Source of the DNA: Clostridia bacterium
Lineage (GTDB): Bacteria; Bacillota; Clostridia; Oscillospirales; CAG-272
Reading direction: 5' to 3'
Length of the DNA stretch: 64,000 nt
NCBI GenBank assembly: GCA_017446155.1
Contig: JAFSRI010000045.1
Span: forward strand, 16,704-80,703
The translations under genes were made by a program, and so were the position numbers. Below the pieces are notes generated by a model. It saw nothing but the letters and a program-made list of their open reading frames with translations. It was not told the DNA's origin and did no database searches. Of this stretch, positions 63,574-64,000 are shown piece by piece; the first letter of the stretch is position 1, and every line of letters starts with the position of its first letter.

Positions 63574-63834
63574 ATGATAACAAGAGCATATAAAAAGAAT
63601 ATGGTGATTGTAAGCGATATAGACAGCGACACGGTAGAGCAGGCGTATTTGTTTTTAAAAGACAACACTCCCGAGCCCACCGAAAGCGCACTCCTCAAAG
63701 AAGCCGACAGACTGGTTAGGCTTTGCGGTGCCGAGAAAAAACGGCGCATAAACATTCCGTCTGCTTTGATATGGTTCTTTTCAGGTGCGCTTATAAGCGC
63801 GCTGACGGCCCTTGTATTAACACTTGTTATATAA
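63574..63834 (+). CDS. Small hypothetical protein with a C-terminal transmembrane anchor
   Basis: 86-aa ORF with a GAGGTAAAAG RBS. The N-terminal part is soluble and acidic. The C-terminal hydrophobic helix is ALIWFFSGALISALTALVLTLVI. No family recognised. Confidence 0.45.
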   Translation: MITRAYKKNMVIVSDIDSDTVEQAYLFLKDNTPEPTESALLKEADRLVRLCGAEKKRRINIPSALIWFFSGALISALTALVLTLVI

Positions 63835-64000
63835 TTTTAACAATCAATCAACGTTTGTTCTGTTTGAATATTTTGATATTTTATCATGCAAATTGACGTA
63901 TGCACGCGTTTAAAAATATGCTTTTTTACTGTTGCAAAATAATCCGTCAACGTTTTTTAACTTTCCGCTCAACAAATCGCGCCTGCTTTACGGCGCAGTT

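Noticed and set aside
63378-63755. 125-aa minus-strand ORF overlapping the rnj promoter region and the small plus-strand gene.
   Set aside because: It has no RBS and a low-complexity Ser/Leu/Phe composition. It overlaps a predicted promoter and a plus-strand ORF that has a good RBS.
63947-64000. Minus-strand reading frame open to the right window edge (...NCAVKQARFVERKVKKR, stop at 63949-63947).
   Set aside because: Only 17 codons are visible. That is too short to tell a real gene end from chance.
1-64000. Mobile elements, prophage, defence islands, tRNA/rRNA genes and CRISPR arrays.
   Set aside because: I found no transposase, integrase, recombinase, restriction or Cas-like ORF. I also found no terminal inverted repeats, no tRNA-like cloverleaf segments and no repeat-spacer array while reading the intergenic regions. 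A tRNAscan or Rfam run would be the definitive check for small RNAs.

Overview
This is a 64-kb chromosomal segment that looks like a Gram-positive anaerobe of the Clostridia. The taxon is an inference from AGGAGG-type ribosome-binding sites, AT-rich intergenic DNA, an SLH wall protein, RNase J, and the rplI-dnaB-tilS-hpt and fakA-degV-plsX-acpP gene strings. I call about 55 protein-coding genes, several with starts corrected from the ORF track. One further gene runs off the left edge and is missing from the track. I recognised no rRNA, tRNA, CRISPR array, transposase, integrase or phage gene, so this is mostly ordinary core genome.

Content:
- **Glycan trimming:** a loose set of glycoside hydrolases without signal peptides (GH95 and GH29 fucosidases, GH20 hexosaminidase, GH3, a GH78-like enzyme, an Asp-box beta-propeller, and two unclassified candidates).
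- **Housekeeping:** rplI, dnaB, tilS, hpt, greA, rnj, htpG, cysK, plsX and acpP.
- **Stress and redox:** a Y-family polymerase with YolD behind a LexA-box promoter, CcdA/TlpA, MsrC and YbaK.

Best leads, in order:
1. A tightly coupled three-gene operon at 56.0-59.2 kb. It encodes an ABC exporter with an extra N-terminal zinc-ribbon module, a DUF1854 protein, and a PII-like c-di-AMP receptor (DarA) outside its usual context.
2. Paired G3E/CobW-type GTPase genes at 9.2-11.4 kb. One carries a roughly 90-residue His/Asp/Cys tract built from nested perfect in-frame DNA duplications.
3. A fused nitrilase-superfamily and GDPD enzyme at 28.5-30.1 kb.
4. A GNAT-like acyltransferase inserted in the fatty-acid-kinase/PlsX/ACP operon.

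All family assignments come from motif reading and memory. No searches were run.
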